Part shown: positions 18,436-29,073 of the stretch, piece by piece | Position numbering within the stretch: position 1 is the first letter of the stretch | Layout: each line of letters opens with the position of its first letter | Assembly (NCBI GenBank): GCA_963719515.1 | Contig: CAVRCJ010000010.1 | Location: forward strand, 672,001 to 736,000 | From: an uncultured cyanobacterium | GTDB taxonomy: Bacteria > Cyanobacteriota > Cyanobacteriia > CAKZMO01 | Direction: 5' to 3' | DNA: 64,000 bases | Position numbers and translations under genes: made by a program | Notes under the pieces: model-generated | What the model was told of the DNA's origin: nothing | What the model saw: the letters and a program-made list of their open reading frames with translations, nothing else | Database searches by the model: none

Positions 18436-19770
18436 CTAGCTCGACTGAGCCAAAGACACAATCTGGGCCGTCACGTCCAGGCTCTCATCGTAGAGGGCAT
18501 CTCGTCCCCAACGCTGCAGCTGCTGACTCATCAGCGCTTCTGCCCGCTGGTCCGATAGGGCTGTCACCTGCTCCGTTCTGCAGGACTGGGCACTTCCCCC
18601 CGCTTCCATGCGCATGCAGCCTGTGGTTTCCGAGCACAGAATGGTGCAGCAGTCGGCCTGCTCGTTGCTAGAGGCAATCCGTAGACCCACGAGATCTCCC
18701 AGAATCTCGCCCCAGTCTGCGGTGGGAATGGCCGCTAGCTCAGCCTCAACCTGCCGCCCGTCGGGGCCGTCGAAGTAGACATGCTTGAGGTCGTAATCTC
18801 CTCCTGTAAATTCGTGCTTGACGGGTTTCCAGCCCAAGCGGCTGGCCAGCCAGCCCAAGAACATGAGGGCTTGAGCAGAATTGCCCTTTTCGTAGTCAAT
18901 AGAAACAACGTCTACGTCAACCAGGGCCGCTCGGCGCTCCGGCGGATCAAACGCTGCGGCCATCAGCTCTTGCCAAGGTGAAAGGCGGTGCCAGTTTAGG
19001 TCGGCAACAAAGGTATCTTCCTTTTGCTGCTCGCGAATCTTGAGCAGCTCAGACTCCGCGTCGCTGAAGTAGCTAGAGTCGACAATGATGCAGTTAGAGA
19101 CAGCAGACAGCCGCTTAAACAAGGTTTGCTCTGGGTTGGGGGTGGCCTTCCACCAGACAAACTTGGGCATATCCGGCGTCATCAAAGAGGTGACTATGTC
19201 AACGACGCGCTCTAGCGCCTCTTTCGTGCCCCGCAGGGTAATGTACTCGCAGCACACTAGGCTGTTGCCGCCCCCCTTCTGCACCGGGCAGTAGGCCGAG
19301 ACCTGGGCCGTGACGCCCGTATCTTCTCCATGGATGGGGCAGAGGGTGATGATGCGGCAGGGGTTTTGGGCGGCGATGGGTTCGCTGATGCTGAAGCCGC
19401 GCTTATCGGGATTAGAGATTTGAAACCGGTCATTGGGCAGCTTTGCCACCTCCTGGCGCAGACGCTCCAAGGTTCCGGGGTCAACGCGCCCCGTTACCCG
19501 CAGGTCGTAGGCGGTTTGAGCTTCGCGAATGGCCTGCTTGGTTTGCACCTCGTGAATTCCGTCAATCGCGCCGCTGTAAAAGCCCAAAACAGCCAGCAGC
19601 TGCTGAAACTCTTCGGGCTCATACACCACCATGCTAAAGGTAGTGGCGCGAGTGGCGGCAGGGGCAACGCGATCGCCGTCTTGAGTCGTCCAAATCTTGT
19701 TGAGTTCTGATTCGATCTCGTCGAGGGAGATGTCTTTTGGCTCTTGAAGCGTAACGAGTGGCGTAGTCAT
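18436..19770 (-). CDS. opcA: glucose-6-phosphate dehydrogenase assembly protein OpcA
   Basis: NPCRIITLCP, SAYCP, CCEYITL, DLNWHRL; directly downstream of zwf. Confidence 0.95.
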   Translation of the reverse strand: MTTPLVTLQEPKDISLDEIESELNKIWTTQDGDRVAPAATRATTFSMVVYEPEEFQQLLAVLGFYSGAIDGIHEVQTKQAIREAQTAYDLRVTGRVDPGTLERLRQEVAKLPNDRFQISNPDKRGFSISEPIAAQNPCRIITLCPIHGEDTGVTAQVSAYCPVQKGGGNSLVCCEYITLRGTKEALERVVDIVTSLMTPDMPKFVWWKATPNPEQTLFKRLSAVSNCIIVDSSYFSDAESELLKIREQQKEDTFVADLNWHRLSPWQELMAAAFDPPERRAALVDVDVVSIDYEKGNSAQALMFLGWLASRLGWKPVKHEFTGGDYDLKHVYFDGPDGRQVEAELAAIPTADWGEILGDLVGLRIASSNEQADCCTILCSETTGCMRMEAGGSAQSCRTEQVTALSDQRAEALMSQQLQRWGRDALYDESLDVTAQIVSLAQSS

Positions 19771-19867
19771 AGCAGTTCGGGTAATGTAGGCACGGGCAGT
19801 TGTTACAGCTAAGGCAGCTTTACAGCTAGTACAGTAGCGAATGCGGATAGACGGCCTGTGGGCAGCG

Positions 19868-21397
19868 CTACAGCCTGCGCCAGCGGCGACCGTCGCGGTT
19901 GAGCAACAGCTCGGCTTCAACCGGCCCCCAGGTTCCCGCTTCATAGAGGGGAATCACCTCTGCCGGGGCGGGCGCATCCCACACCTGCAGCAGCGGCGTC
20001 AGGATGCGCCAGGATTCTTCCACCTCATCGCCGCGCGTGAACAGGGTTTGGTCCCCCAGCATGCAGTCCACCAGCAGCCGGCTGTAGGCGTCGGTGTTGG
20101 CCTGACCGAAGGCGGCGTCATAGCGGAAATCCATGTCGACGGTGCGGGTGCGCAGGGAGTTCCCGGGCGTCTTCACCTCAAACCGCAGAGAAATACCCTC
20201 GTTGGGCTGAATGCGCATGGCTAAAATGTTGCGGTTCACCTGCCGGGTGGCGGACTGAAACATCAAGAAGGGGACCTCTTTGAAGTGAATCGAGATCTCG
20301 GTCACCTTCTTGGGCATCCGCTTGCCGGTCCGTAGGTAGAAGGGCACCCCTTTCCACCGCCAGTTGTCGATCATCAGCTTCAGGCCGGCGTATGTGGGCG
20401 TCGTCGACTCGTCGCTGGCCCCCTCTTCGCTGCGGTAGCTCGGCACCTGCTGGCCCTTCATCCAGCCCGAGGTGTACTGCCCGCGCACGGCGGACAGCCC
20501 TAAATCCTCCAGGTCAGCGAGGCGGGTAGCCTGAATGACCTTGACCTTCTCGTTACGAATGGCATCGGCGTTCAGGGAGTTGGGCGCCTCCATAGCCACC
20601 AGGCAAAAGAGCTGCATCAGGTGGTTTTGCACCATGTCCCGCAGGGCCCCTGCCGTCTCGTAATAGCCCGCCCGTCCTTCTAGGCCTACGGTTTCCGCCA
20701 CCGTGATCTGCACATGGTCCACGAACTGGCGATTCCAGAGCGGCTCAAAAATGGCGTTGGCAAAGCGAAACACCAGCAGGTTTTGAACGGTCTCTTTACC
20801 CAGGTAGTGGTCAATGCGGTAGATTTGCTCTTCGGGGCAGACCTGACGCACGATTTGATTGAGCACCTGAGCGGAAGAGATGTCGTGGCCGAAGGGCTTT
20901 TCAATCACCAGGCGCTCTTTGCTAGAGTCGGTGAGCATGTCAGCCGCTCCAAGCTGCTGGGTGGCCTCGCCAAAAAATCGGGGAGCAACCGACAGGTAGA
21001 AGACCCGATTACCTCGGGTGCCGCGCTGGTCGTCAAGTTCGGCGAGGAACGACTTGAGCTTTTGATAGCTCTCCTGCTGATCGATGTTGCCCGAGCAGTA
21101 GAACAGCCCTTTGGCAAAATCTCGCCAGAGATCCTCAGAGCCAATGCCCCCACCGAACTGCTCAACGCCCTCTTTGAGGTGGTTCCGGAAGTAGTCGTGG
21201 TCCCAGTCTCTACGGGCGACGCCAACGATGGTGAATTCAGGAGGCAGTCGACGCTCGCGGCGCATTTGGTAGAGAGCCGGCACCAGCTTCCGCTGGGTGA
21301 GATCGCCAGAACCCCCAAAAATAACTAGAATTTGCGGCGCTGGGATTCGATCTTGCTGAAGACCAACGCGGAGCGGATTTTCGAGCAGGTTTACCAT
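19868..21397 (-). CDS. zwf: glucose-6-phosphate 1-dehydrogenase
   Basis: [27 protein letters not shown]. Confidence 0.98.
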   Translation of the reverse strand: MVNLLENPLRVGLQQDRIPAPQILVIFGGSGDLTQRKLVPALYQMRRERRLPPEFTIVGVARRDWDHDYFRNHLKEGVEQFGGGIGSEDLWRDFAKGLFYCSGNIDQQESYQKLKSFLAELDDQRGTRGNRVFYLSVAPRFFGEATQQLGAADMLTDSSKERLVIEKPFGHDISSAQVLNQIVRQVCPEEQIYRIDHYLGKETVQNLLVFRFANAIFEPLWNRQFVDHVQITVAETVGLEGRAGYYETAGALRDMVQNHLMQLFCLVAMEAPNSLNADAIRNEKVKVIQATRLADLEDLGLSAVRGQYTSGWMKGQQVPSYRSEEGASDESTTPTYAGLKLMIDNWRWKGVPFYLRTGKRMPKKVTEISIHFKEVPFLMFQSATRQVNRNILAMRIQPNEGISLRFEVKTPGNSLRTRTVDMDFRYDAAFGQANTDAYSRLLVDCMLGDQTLFTRGDEVEESWRILTPLLQVWDAPAPAEVIPLYEAGTWGPVEAELLLNRDGRRWRRL

Positions 21398-21460
21398 AGT
21401 GAGATGATTCGGGTTGGCACGATAGCATGTTAGCGTCAGACGGGTTTACAGCTCGGTTAT

Positions 21461-22525
21461 CTAGGTAGCGGATACGTCTTGGTTAATCCGAGCCCGCTCT
21501 TGAATAAACGATTCCACAAGCTCAACGTTCTCTTTGCTGCCGATGATGAGGGGCGATCGCTGGTGAAGCGCCTCCGGGACGAGATCCATAATCGGTTGGG
21601 TTCCCGTGCTGGCCTTTCCCCCCGCCTGCTCTGCCAAGAAGGCCAGCGGCGCTGATTCGTACAGCAACCTTAGCTTACCTTCCGGATTTTTAACCGTACC
21701 GGGATAGAGAAACACCCCGCCCTGAAATAGAATCCGGTGAAAGTCTCCCACCAGCGCCCCGCTATAGCGCCCTGAGTATCCTTCGTGGCGATGCATGTAG
21801 CGGATATAGTCTCGCAGTGATTCATCCCACTGCCAGAAGTTGCCTTCGTTGGCGCTGTACACCGGCCCATGGGTAGGGATTTGGATATTTTCTTTAGATA
21901 GAATGAACTCCCCCAGGCTGGGATCCAAAGTAAAGGCGTGAACCCCCGAACCAATGGAATAGATCAGCATCGTGCTGGGGCCATAGAGAATGTAGCCGGC
22001 CCCTATCTGCTTATCGCCACGCTGAAAGAGATCCTGCGCTGTTCCGTCTAGGTCTTCTCCCTCTTGGCGACGAATCGCAAAGATAGACCCCACATTGAGG
22101 TTAATGTCGACGTTAGAAGACCCATCGATGGGGTCGTAGAGCAGGGTGTAGCGACCGATGGGGCAGTTTTCGGGGATGTAGTAAGGCTTCTCCATCTCTT
22201 CTGAAGCGAGTCGGCACACAACGCCGCTCTGCTTGAGGACGGAAATAAAGACATCGTTCGCGTAGATATCCATCCGCTTAACGGCCTCGCCCTGCACATT
22301 GGTCCGTCCGGTGAACCCGAGGGCATCCTCAATCAGACCCGCCCGCGTGAGCCGCCGGGCAATCATTTTTCCGGCAAGGGCGATGCGGTCCATCAGGATG
22401 CTGAGATCTTGGTCTTCGGGGGCAACGCTCTGCAGATGCTGCAGGACATGGCGAGATAGCGTTGTAGTATCTCGATCCAATGCCCTCTGCTGGTCTTCTG
22501 GGTCAGGCCGCTGATCGACAACCAT
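21461..22525 (-). CDS. fbp: class 1 fructose-1,6-bisphosphatase
   Basis: [30 protein letters not shown] before ATG 22525. Confidence 0.97.
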   Translation of the reverse strand: MVVDQRPDPEDQQRALDRDTTTLSRHVLQHLQSVAPEDQDLSILMDRIALAGKMIARRLTRAGLIEDALGFTGRTNVQGEAVKRMDIYANDVFISVLKQSGVVCRLASEEMEKPYYIPENCPIGRYTLLYDPIDGSSNVDINLNVGSIFAIRRQEGEDLDGTAQDLFQRGDKQIGAGYILYGPSTMLIYSIGSGVHAFTLDPSLGEFILSKENIQIPTHGPVYSANEGNFWQWDESLRDYIRYMHRHEGYSGRYSGALVGDFHRILFQGGVFLYPGTVKNPEGKLRLLYESAPLAFLAEQAGGKASTGTQPIMDLVPEALHQRSPLIIGSKENVELVESFIQERARINQDVSAT

Positions 22526-23175
22526 TCGGATAGCCTCCTTTGTTATGCTACGCGTCAATAATATCTATTGACCCTACAGTGGCCCTACAGCGCTCTGATT
22601 AACGCTGAGTGAGAGTGCTGCTGGGCTCCCTTCATCTTAGGAAAGGTGCTCGGCAATGCCCCGAACTTTTAAGACCAGCTACAGACTGTCGTCTGGAAAA
22701 GCCGTTCGCGGGCGATCGCACTAGCTTCCTTCGGTTTTGCCTGCCAACCCGAGAGAGATGTGCTAACTTAATTGAAGGGAATATCAAGTCAGGCTTGTCC
22801 TGGTGGTTGAACCAAAATTGTCGTTTAGTAAGTCTAGGAGGCGATGCCCATGCAAGAGAGTAGTATACACACGGGTCTGATGATTGATGTGGTCTGGCTG
22901 TGTGCCAGGGCTGTACGCTAATCAATCAGTTTTCCTTCTCTTGAAGGCTTGCTGGGATCGGTATTAGGGTTCCTCCTGGCAGTCAAGTTTCAATCTGATG
23001 ACCCACTAGACCGCTCTTACTCTTGGTGCTGATCTTCATGCTCATAGGGCATAGGTCACCCCCCAGTAAGAGCGGATAGCTATTTTAAAGGGGAAAGCTG
23101 CTGAGCCTGTGAAAGAGCTGTCGCGGCCTTGCCCCTGTCAAAAGCATATTCTGCAAAAGATGACGTTATTGAACT

Positions 23176-23199
23176 AGACCCCGAAAGCTCGGGGTTTTT
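23176..23199 (+). terminator. intrinsic terminator without an adjacent upstream ORF
   Basis: AGACCCCGA-AAGC-TCGGGGTTTTT. Confidence 0.6.
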
Positions 23200-23233
23200 G
23201 TAGTTTAAAGGGCTCAGCCCTGCTTTCTCCATC

Positions 23234-23542
23234 CTCAACAATGACTCTAGCCTCAGCCTAGACGTCGGCTACGTTGCTGACGATCCCTCTAGCCCCAACC
23301 CGGAAGCAGGCCTATCAACGGGGACTACGTGGCAACAGCTCAGCTGACCTTCCTCAGCAACTTCTTCGACGCGGGCATTCTGTACTCCAACTCCTATGCC
23401 AGTAGCGCCAGCGAGTTCGACCAAGGCGTCTATGATCTCGATCGCTATCACCCCAGCCGTGATCATCAACACCGACCCGTTCAATGAGAACGACAACGAT
23501 GCCACCGTCATCGGCGCTATCCGAACTCGCTTCAAATTCTAG
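23234..23542 (+). pseudogene. fragmentary porin paralogue
   Basis: LSLDVGY...AQLTFLSNFFDAGILYSNSYA and IAITPAVIINTDPFNENDNDATVIGAIRTRFKF* match segments of the adjacent porin. Confidence 0.8.
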
Positions 23543-23753
23543 TCTCAGAGTCGACTGACGCTGGCTGCAATCCGAGGCGCGGTGGGACGGATAGCTCTGT
23601 CTTAAGAGCTATCTATTTCAGTTTTCACGATTTCCTCACAAATTGTTGGCCCTTTCCTGTTACCCATCTCAAAAATCTCTGCTAATCTTATTGGAGGTGT
23701 TCGAAGATCTTGCGATTTTCGCGCCCTCGGATTAGTTTGATTTTGTCTTATAG

Positions 23754-23762
23754 GTGTGAGGA
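23754..23762 (+). promoter_or_regulatory. Yfr1 sRNA target site in porin 5'UTR
   Basis: GTGTGAGGA is complementary to the Yfr1 core ACUCCUCACAC and ends 8 nt before ATG 23771. Confidence 0.7.
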
Positions 23763-23770
23763 CAATTGTG

Positions 23771-25369
23771 ATGCTATATAAAGCAATTTTGAAGTCTCTG
23801 CTTGTTGCGCCAGCTGTACTGGGCGCAACTATCGCTCTGTCGACCTCTGTGATCGCTCAAGAAGCTGCTCAAAGCGAGCTAGCTCAGCTCAATGAGTACG
23901 CTGCTGAGGGAGAGGATGATTCCCTCTCTCAGGTAACCTCCGTTTCCCAGCTCTCTGACGTTCAGCCTACCGACTGGGCTTTTCAGGCGCTGCAGAATTT
24001 GATCGCTCGCTACGGCTGTATTGCCGGCTATCCCGACGGGACTTACCGCGGCTTCACCGCCCTCAGCCGCTACGAGTTTGCCGCTGGTCTCAACGCTTGC
24101 TTGAACAACATCACGGCAAACCTGGACCAGATTCAGCTCAACCAGCAGGACATTGCTACGCTCAACCGCCTACAGCAGCAGTTCGCCGCTGACTTGGCTA
24201 CCCTGCGCGGTCGCGTTGACTCCCTCGAAGCGCGCACCGCTGAGCTGGAGGCCAACCAGTTTTCTACCACCACCAAGCTAAACGGTGAGGTGATCTTCGC
24301 TCAGCAGTTCGCGATCGATGATGACCGCGACTTAGATGGCTTTGACGACGGACAAACTCCAGATGAGAATGAAGCTACCTTTGCCTATCGGGTTCGCCTA
24401 AACTTCGACACCAGCTTCACCGGCGAAGACCGTCTGCGGACTCGTTTCCAAGCGCGTAACCTTGACCAGTTCGACAGCGACCCTATCGGCCGTTCTTTCG
24501 GCAACGAGGGTGATGGTGGCTTCAGCCTAGATGACTTGGTCTACACCTTCCCGCTTGGCCCTGCTGAAGTTGTCGTTGGCGCTAACAGCATTGCCAGCGA
24601 CGACTTCGTCGCCAGCACCATCAGTCCGCTAGACAGCGCTAGCTCCGGCACTATCACCGACTTCGGTTTCCCTCGCCAGTATGCGATCGCGGTGCCAGGA
24701 AACGCAGGTGCTGGCGCAGTCGTGCAGCTGAATGACAACTTCAGTCTTGACTTCGGCTACTCCGCTGCCGACGCGTCCAACCCGGATGACGGCTTCGGTC
24801 TATTCAACGGCACCTACGGTGCAATTGGTCAGATCACTTTCCTCAGCAGCTTCTTTGACGCAGCTATCACCTACGCCAACTCCTACGCAAATGATGGCTT
24901 CGGCTATACCTTCCCCGCTGGGCAAAACTTTGGCGGTCCGATGAACCTGACTCCGATTGACGCTAGCTCAACGGGCAATGACGAAGTCGCTAATACCTAC
25001 GGTACTCAGTTCAACTTCCGCCTGTTTGACGGCGCGCTTGAGCTTGGTGGCGGTGGTGCATTCGTCCAGGTGAACGGCATCGGCGCAGCCGAAGATTACG
25101 AGATCTGGACCTATCAAGGTACGCTGGCAATCAACGATGTCCTCGGTGAAGGCAACCAGCTCGGCGTCGTTGCGGGTGTTCCTGAGTATTCACGCGATCT
25201 GAATGCCTCTACGGGAGACACTGGTTTCCTAACTGAGGTCTTCTACCGGTATCAGCTGAACGACAACATCGCGATTACTCCTGGCTTCCTGTGGATCAAC
25301 GATCCCTACAACAACAACGACAACGATGACAGCTTTGTCGGCAACATCCGGACGACCTTCCAGTTCTAG
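23771..25369 (+). CDS. cyanobacterial porin (SLH + OprB, SomA/iron-uptake porin type)
   Basis: SDVQPTDWAFQAL...YGCIAGYPDGTYRG, QFSTTTKL, C-terminal RTTFQF. Confidence 0.95.
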   Translation: MLYKAILKSLLVAPAVLGATIALSTSVIAQEAAQSELAQLNEYAAEGEDDSLSQVTSVSQLSDVQPTDWAFQALQNLIARYGCIAGYPDGTYRGFTALSRYEFAAGLNACLNNITANLDQIQLNQQDIATLNRLQQQFAADLATLRGRVDSLEARTAELEANQFSTTTKLNGEVIFAQQFAIDDDRDLDGFDDGQTPDENEATFAYRVRLNFDTSFTGEDRLRTRFQARNLDQFDSDPIGRSFGNEGDGGFSLDDLVYTFPLGPAEVVVGANSIASDDFVASTISPLDSASSGTITDFGFPRQYAIAVPGNAGAGAVVQLNDNFSLDFGYSAADASNPDDGFGLFNGTYGAIGQITFLSSFFDAAITYANSYANDGFGYTFPAGQNFGGPMNLTPIDASSTGNDEVANTYGTQFNFRLFDGALELGGGGAFVQVNGIGAAEDYEIWTYQGTLAINDVLGEGNQLGVVAGVPEYSRDLNASTGDTGFLTEVFYRYQLNDNIAITPGFLWINDPYNNNDNDDSFVGNIRTTFQF

Positions 25370-25410
25370 AACTGGAATCAGTTAGTTTGTTAACGCTCAC
25401 ACAATTTAAG

Positions 25411-25446
25411 GCGGGCATGGATTGTATAATCCATGCCCGCTTTTCT
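25411..25446 (+). terminator. intrinsic terminator
   Basis: Perfect 13-bp stem GCGGGCATGGATT/AATCCATGCCCGC followed by TTTT. Confidence 0.85.
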
Positions 25447-25478
25447 ATGCGGTGCTTAGAATTCTCCGCCATCGTCCT

Positions 25479-25506
25479 AAACCCCAGTGGAAAACCGGAG
25501 TATACT
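25479..25506 (+). promoter_or_regulatory. putative Rrf2 operator overlapping a -10 box
   Basis: Imperfect 25-bp palindrome AAACCCCAGTGGAAAACCGGAGTAT overlapping TATACT upstream of the Rrf2 gene. Confidence 0.45.
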
Positions 25507-25532
25507 GAGTCATAGACACACAAACAGCACCT

Positions 25533-25964
25533 GTGGAACTTTCAACCAAGAGCGAATATGCGCTGCTAGCGCTTCTAGAACTGGTCAGCCATTATCCCAC
25601 GGGAGAACCTTTGCAGATTCGGCAGATTGCGGCAGAGCAATCTATTCCAGACCGTTACCTAGAGCAGCTTTTGGCAATTCTGCGGCGCTCTGGGCTCGTG
25701 CGAAGCCAACGGGGCGCTAGAGGAGGCTATTTGCTGGCCCGAGAACCCTGGAAGATTACCCTCTTAGAAATTCTCAATTGTGTAGAAGGCCTAGACGCTA
25801 AGGCTTCGCCCTGCGCCAAGAAATTCCCCGCTGAAGTTGTGATCCACGACGCCTGGCAGGAGGCTAGGCAAGCTGCTGAAGCCGTCCTACAAAGCTACAG
25901 TCTCCAGGATTTGGCAGAGCAGCGCGACGCTAAGCGCCAGCTAAACTTCATGTACTATATCTAA
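25533..25964 (+). CDS. Rrf2-family transcriptional regulator (CymR-like)
   Basis: YALLALLEL...YLEQLL...VRSQRGARGGY; C-terminal MYYI; precedes cysK. Confidence 0.92.
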   Translation: MELSTKSEYALLALLELVSHYPTGEPLQIRQIAAEQSIPDRYLEQLLAILRRSGLVRSQRGARGGYLLAREPWKITLLEILNCVEGLDAKASPCAKKFPAEVVIHDAWQEARQAAEAVLQSYSLQDLAEQRDAKRQLNFMYYI

Positions 25965-25972
25965 ACTGATCT

Positions 25973-26929
25973 ATGCGCATTGCTCAACGAGTGACCGACC
26001 TGATCGGGCATACGCCCCTAGTTCAGCTCAATCGCATTCCGGCTGCAGAGGGATGCCTAGCCTCTATTGTGGTGAAGCTGGAGAGCATGAACCCCTCCGC
26101 TTCAGTTAAAGATCGCATTGGCATCAGCATGATTGAAGCGGCTGAGCGGGAAGGCCAAATCGCGCCGGGGAAAACGGTTTTAGTAGAGCCTACCTCAGGG
26201 AATACAGGCATTGCCCTAGCAATGGCGGCGGCGGCAAAAGGCTATCGCTTGATTTTGACGATGCCCGAAACCATGAGCGCTGAGCGCCGGGCTATGCTGC
26301 GGGCTTACGGAGCGCAGCTAGAGCTAACTCCCGGCATGTGGGGAATGGGGGGTTGCATTCAGCGGGCGCAGGAGATTGTAGACGAGCTGCCCAATGCCTA
26401 CATGCTGCAGCAGTTCCGCAATGCCGCTAATCCCAAGATCCACCGTGAAACGACGGCGCTGGAGATTTGGGCAGACACCGACGGAGAAGTTGACATCCTC
26501 ATTGCTGGGGTAGGGACGGGAGGCACCATCACCGGTGTCGCAGAGGTTTTGAAGCAGCACAAGGAATCCTTTCAGGTCATCGCCGTCGAACCGTCGAATA
26601 GCTCGGTTTTGTCAGGGGGAGACCCCGGACCTCACAAAATTCAGGGAATTGGTGCAGGGTTCATCCCTCACGTGCTGCGTAGGGAACTCATAGACGAGGT
26701 CATTGCCGTCACGGACGATCAAGCGATCGCCTATGGCCGGCGGCTAGCCCGGGAAGAAGGTCTGCTGTCGGGAATTTCTAGCGGCGCGGCTTTGGCCGCT
26801 GCGGTGCAGGTGGCCTGCCGCCCCGAGAACGACGGCAAGCTAATTGTTATGATTCAGCCCAGCTTTGGCGAGCGCTATTTGAGCACGCCGCTGTTCCAAG
26901 ATCCTGAGCTGGTGTCGGCTACGAACTAG
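25973..26929 (+). CDS. cysK: cysteine synthase A
   Basis: [32 protein letters not shown]. Confidence 0.97.
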   Translation: MRIAQRVTDLIGHTPLVQLNRIPAAEGCLASIVVKLESMNPSASVKDRIGISMIEAAEREGQIAPGKTVLVEPTSGNTGIALAMAAAAKGYRLILTMPETMSAERRAMLRAYGAQLELTPGMWGMGGCIQRAQEIVDELPNAYMLQQFRNAANPKIHRETTALEIWADTDGEVDILIAGVGTGGTITGVAEVLKQHKESFQVIAVEPSNSSVLSGGDPGPHKIQGIGAGFIPHVLRRELIDEVIAVTDDQAIAYGRRLAREEGLLSGISSGAALAAAVQVACRPENDGKLIVMIQPSFGERYLSTPLFQDPELVSATN

Positions 26930-27012
26930 TCCCCCCCACCGCCTCTGTTCGGCCTGGCAAAGGGCGGCAGGGCTCTTGGCCCGTTAATGAGGATGGCGGT
27001 ACAATAGCAGGC

Positions 27013-27738
27013 ATGTCTGTAAACTACTACCAAGTCCTTGAGCTGCATTCAGAGGCCAGCCAGCTAGACATCAAGCGGGCCTATCGTCGCTTAGCCAAGC
27101 AGTTTCACCCCGACAGCAACCGCACCATCGATAGCCACGATCGTATAAGCTGCATCAACGCGGCCTATGAGGTGCTTGGGGATCCCATCAAGCGACGCCG
27201 GTACGACGTTCAGCTGCGCTACTCCACAGAAGACAATCCTGCCGAACAGCGCCAGCAGGCGGCCCATAGGAGAGCGGCCCGCAGCGAAACGGCTTACAGC
27301 GAGGTCAAGGCCAGTCGCCGCAGATCCTACGGGCAAAATAGCGATGCCCAGCTTCAAAACTGGCTGACTGCGGTCTATCGTCCCATCGATAAGCACCTTA
27401 CCGACATTCTGGGTTCCCTCGACGGGGCCTTAGACCAGCTTGCCGCCGATCCGTTCGACGACGAGCTCATGGAGGAGTTTCAAGACTACCTCGATACCTG
27501 CCGCACCCACCTCGACTGGGCGCAGCACATGTTTCGCTCAACGCCCAATCCCAAAAGCGTCGCGGCCACTGCCTCTGGCCTTTATTACTGCCTCAATCAG
27601 GTGGGAGACGGCCTAGACGAGTTCGAGCGCTTTACCTCTTGCTACAACGAACACTACATCCATACGGGACGAGAGCTATTCCGCATTTCCCGGCAGCTGC
27701 ACCACGAAACTCAAGAAACACTTCAAAATTTAGTCTAA
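27013..27738 (+). CDS. DnaJ-domain protein
   Basis: YYQVL...IKRAYRRLAKQFHPD. Confidence 0.9.
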   Translation: MSVNYYQVLELHSEASQLDIKRAYRRLAKQFHPDSNRTIDSHDRISCINAAYEVLGDPIKRRRYDVQLRYSTEDNPAEQRQQAAHRRAARSETAYSEVKASRRRSYGQNSDAQLQNWLTAVYRPIDKHLTDILGSLDGALDQLAADPFDDELMEEFQDYLDTCRTHLDWAQHMFRSTPNPKSVAATASGLYYCLNQVGDGLDEFERFTSCYNEHYIHTGRELFRISRQLHHETQETLQNLV

Positions 27739-29042
27739 GAGTCCTCCGACAAATAAGTCATCCGTTAGCATGAGAGTGTAAGGCTCTACCCCAGTTTGTC
27801 ATGTCTGTTAATGCCCTGCCCCTGAGCGATTCACTCAAACAGCTATTCACTGAAACAGCGCAGGAGCTCAAAGGCAGCGCCAGGCGACAGTTCATGGCAA
27901 AGGTGGTGGAAGAGTATGGGGTAGGGGGACAGATGTGGGCAGAAGCGGAATTGGGATGGAATCGGGGCACGATACGCAAAGGGCAAAGAGAACTGATTCA
28001 TGGTCCGATACGAGACAAATTTGAGCAGCGGGGACGCAAGCCGGTAGAAGCACACCTTCCTACCCTCAGAGAAGATATTCGCGCCATTGTAGAGCCGCAA
28101 ACGCAAGCGGACCCGACGTTGAGGAGCGGGCGGGTGTATAGCCGCATGAGTGTAGCGGAAGTTAGGCGGCAGCTGATTGGCCAGAAGGGGTACCAAGACA
28201 AGGAGTTGCCGAGCGACGAGGTGATTCGGCAAAGGTTGAATGAGATGGGCTATGGGCTTAAGCGGGTGCAGAAGACCAAACCACAGAAGGTTATTGCCGA
28301 GACCGAGAATATTTTCAAACAGGTCAATCAGGTGAATCACGCAGCAGATAAGGACCCAACGAGTCTGCGCATTTCGATTGATGCCAAAACTGCGGTGAAG
28401 GTAGGTGAGTACGACCGGGGGGGGAAAAACACGGGTGGTGACCCATGCCAAAGACCATGACTTTCAGCCTGATGCTCAGCTAACGCCCGTTGGTATTCTT
28501 TTGCCCCATGAGCAAGAGCTATCGCTGTACTTCGTCGCCTCTCGGGTGACAGCAGATTGCATCGTTGACCTGCTAGAGCAGTGGTGGCACGGAGTGAAAG
28601 GCCGTTTCGCTCACATCGAGCGGTTAGTGATTAATGCCGACAACGGGCCGGAGAATCATTCTCGGCGCACCCAGTTCATGCATCGGCTGGTGCAGTTTGC
28701 TAGAGCCGAGCAAATCACCATTGAGCTGGCGTACTATCCGCCGTATCACAGCAAGTACAACCCAGTAGAGCGGAGCTTTGGTTGGCTAGAGCAGCACTGG
28801 CGAGGGGCATTGCTTGATAGCGTAGAGACGGTGCTAAAGTTTGCCCAGACGTTGCGTTTCAAGGGCAAGCACCCGGTGGTCAGCCTCGTGACCCAAACCT
28901 ACGAGACAGGCGTCAAGTTGACTCAGGCAGCGATGGCGGAATTGGAAAAGGGTATCAAGCGCTTACCGGGATTGGAAAAGTGGTTCGTTGAGATTCCGCC
29001 ATATGCTGATTGTGAAGGGACGATCTTTTAGATGGAGTACTC
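27739..29042 (+). mobile_element. ISAzo13-family insertion sequence
   Basis: Imperfect IRs GAGTCCTCC.../...GGAGTACTC; 3-bp TAA duplication at 27736-27738 and 29043-29045. Confidence 0.85.
27801..29031 (+). CDS. ISAzo13 transposase in two frames (27801-28460 and 28405-29031)
   Basis: ISIDAK, ADNGPEN, YYPPYHSKYNPVE; frame change at the G8A5 run 28417-28429. Confidence 0.85.
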
Positions 29043-29073
29043 TAAGCTAATTTTTTTTTGGCTTAACCGTGGC

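Noticed and set aside
19771..19944. Long opcA start overlapping zwf
   Set aside because: Conserved OpcA sequence begins at MTTPLV (19770)
22925..22990. Identification as IsaR1 sRNA
   Set aside because: Only a loose resemblance from memory at the 5' end; no clear Fur box or expected synteny; kept as an unnamed candidate
23269..23535. 88-aa minus-strand ORF
   Set aside because: Antisense shadow of the porin pseudogene
23234..23542. Porin relic as a DGR template repeat
   Set aside because: Differences from the porin are not adenine-specific, and no RT is present
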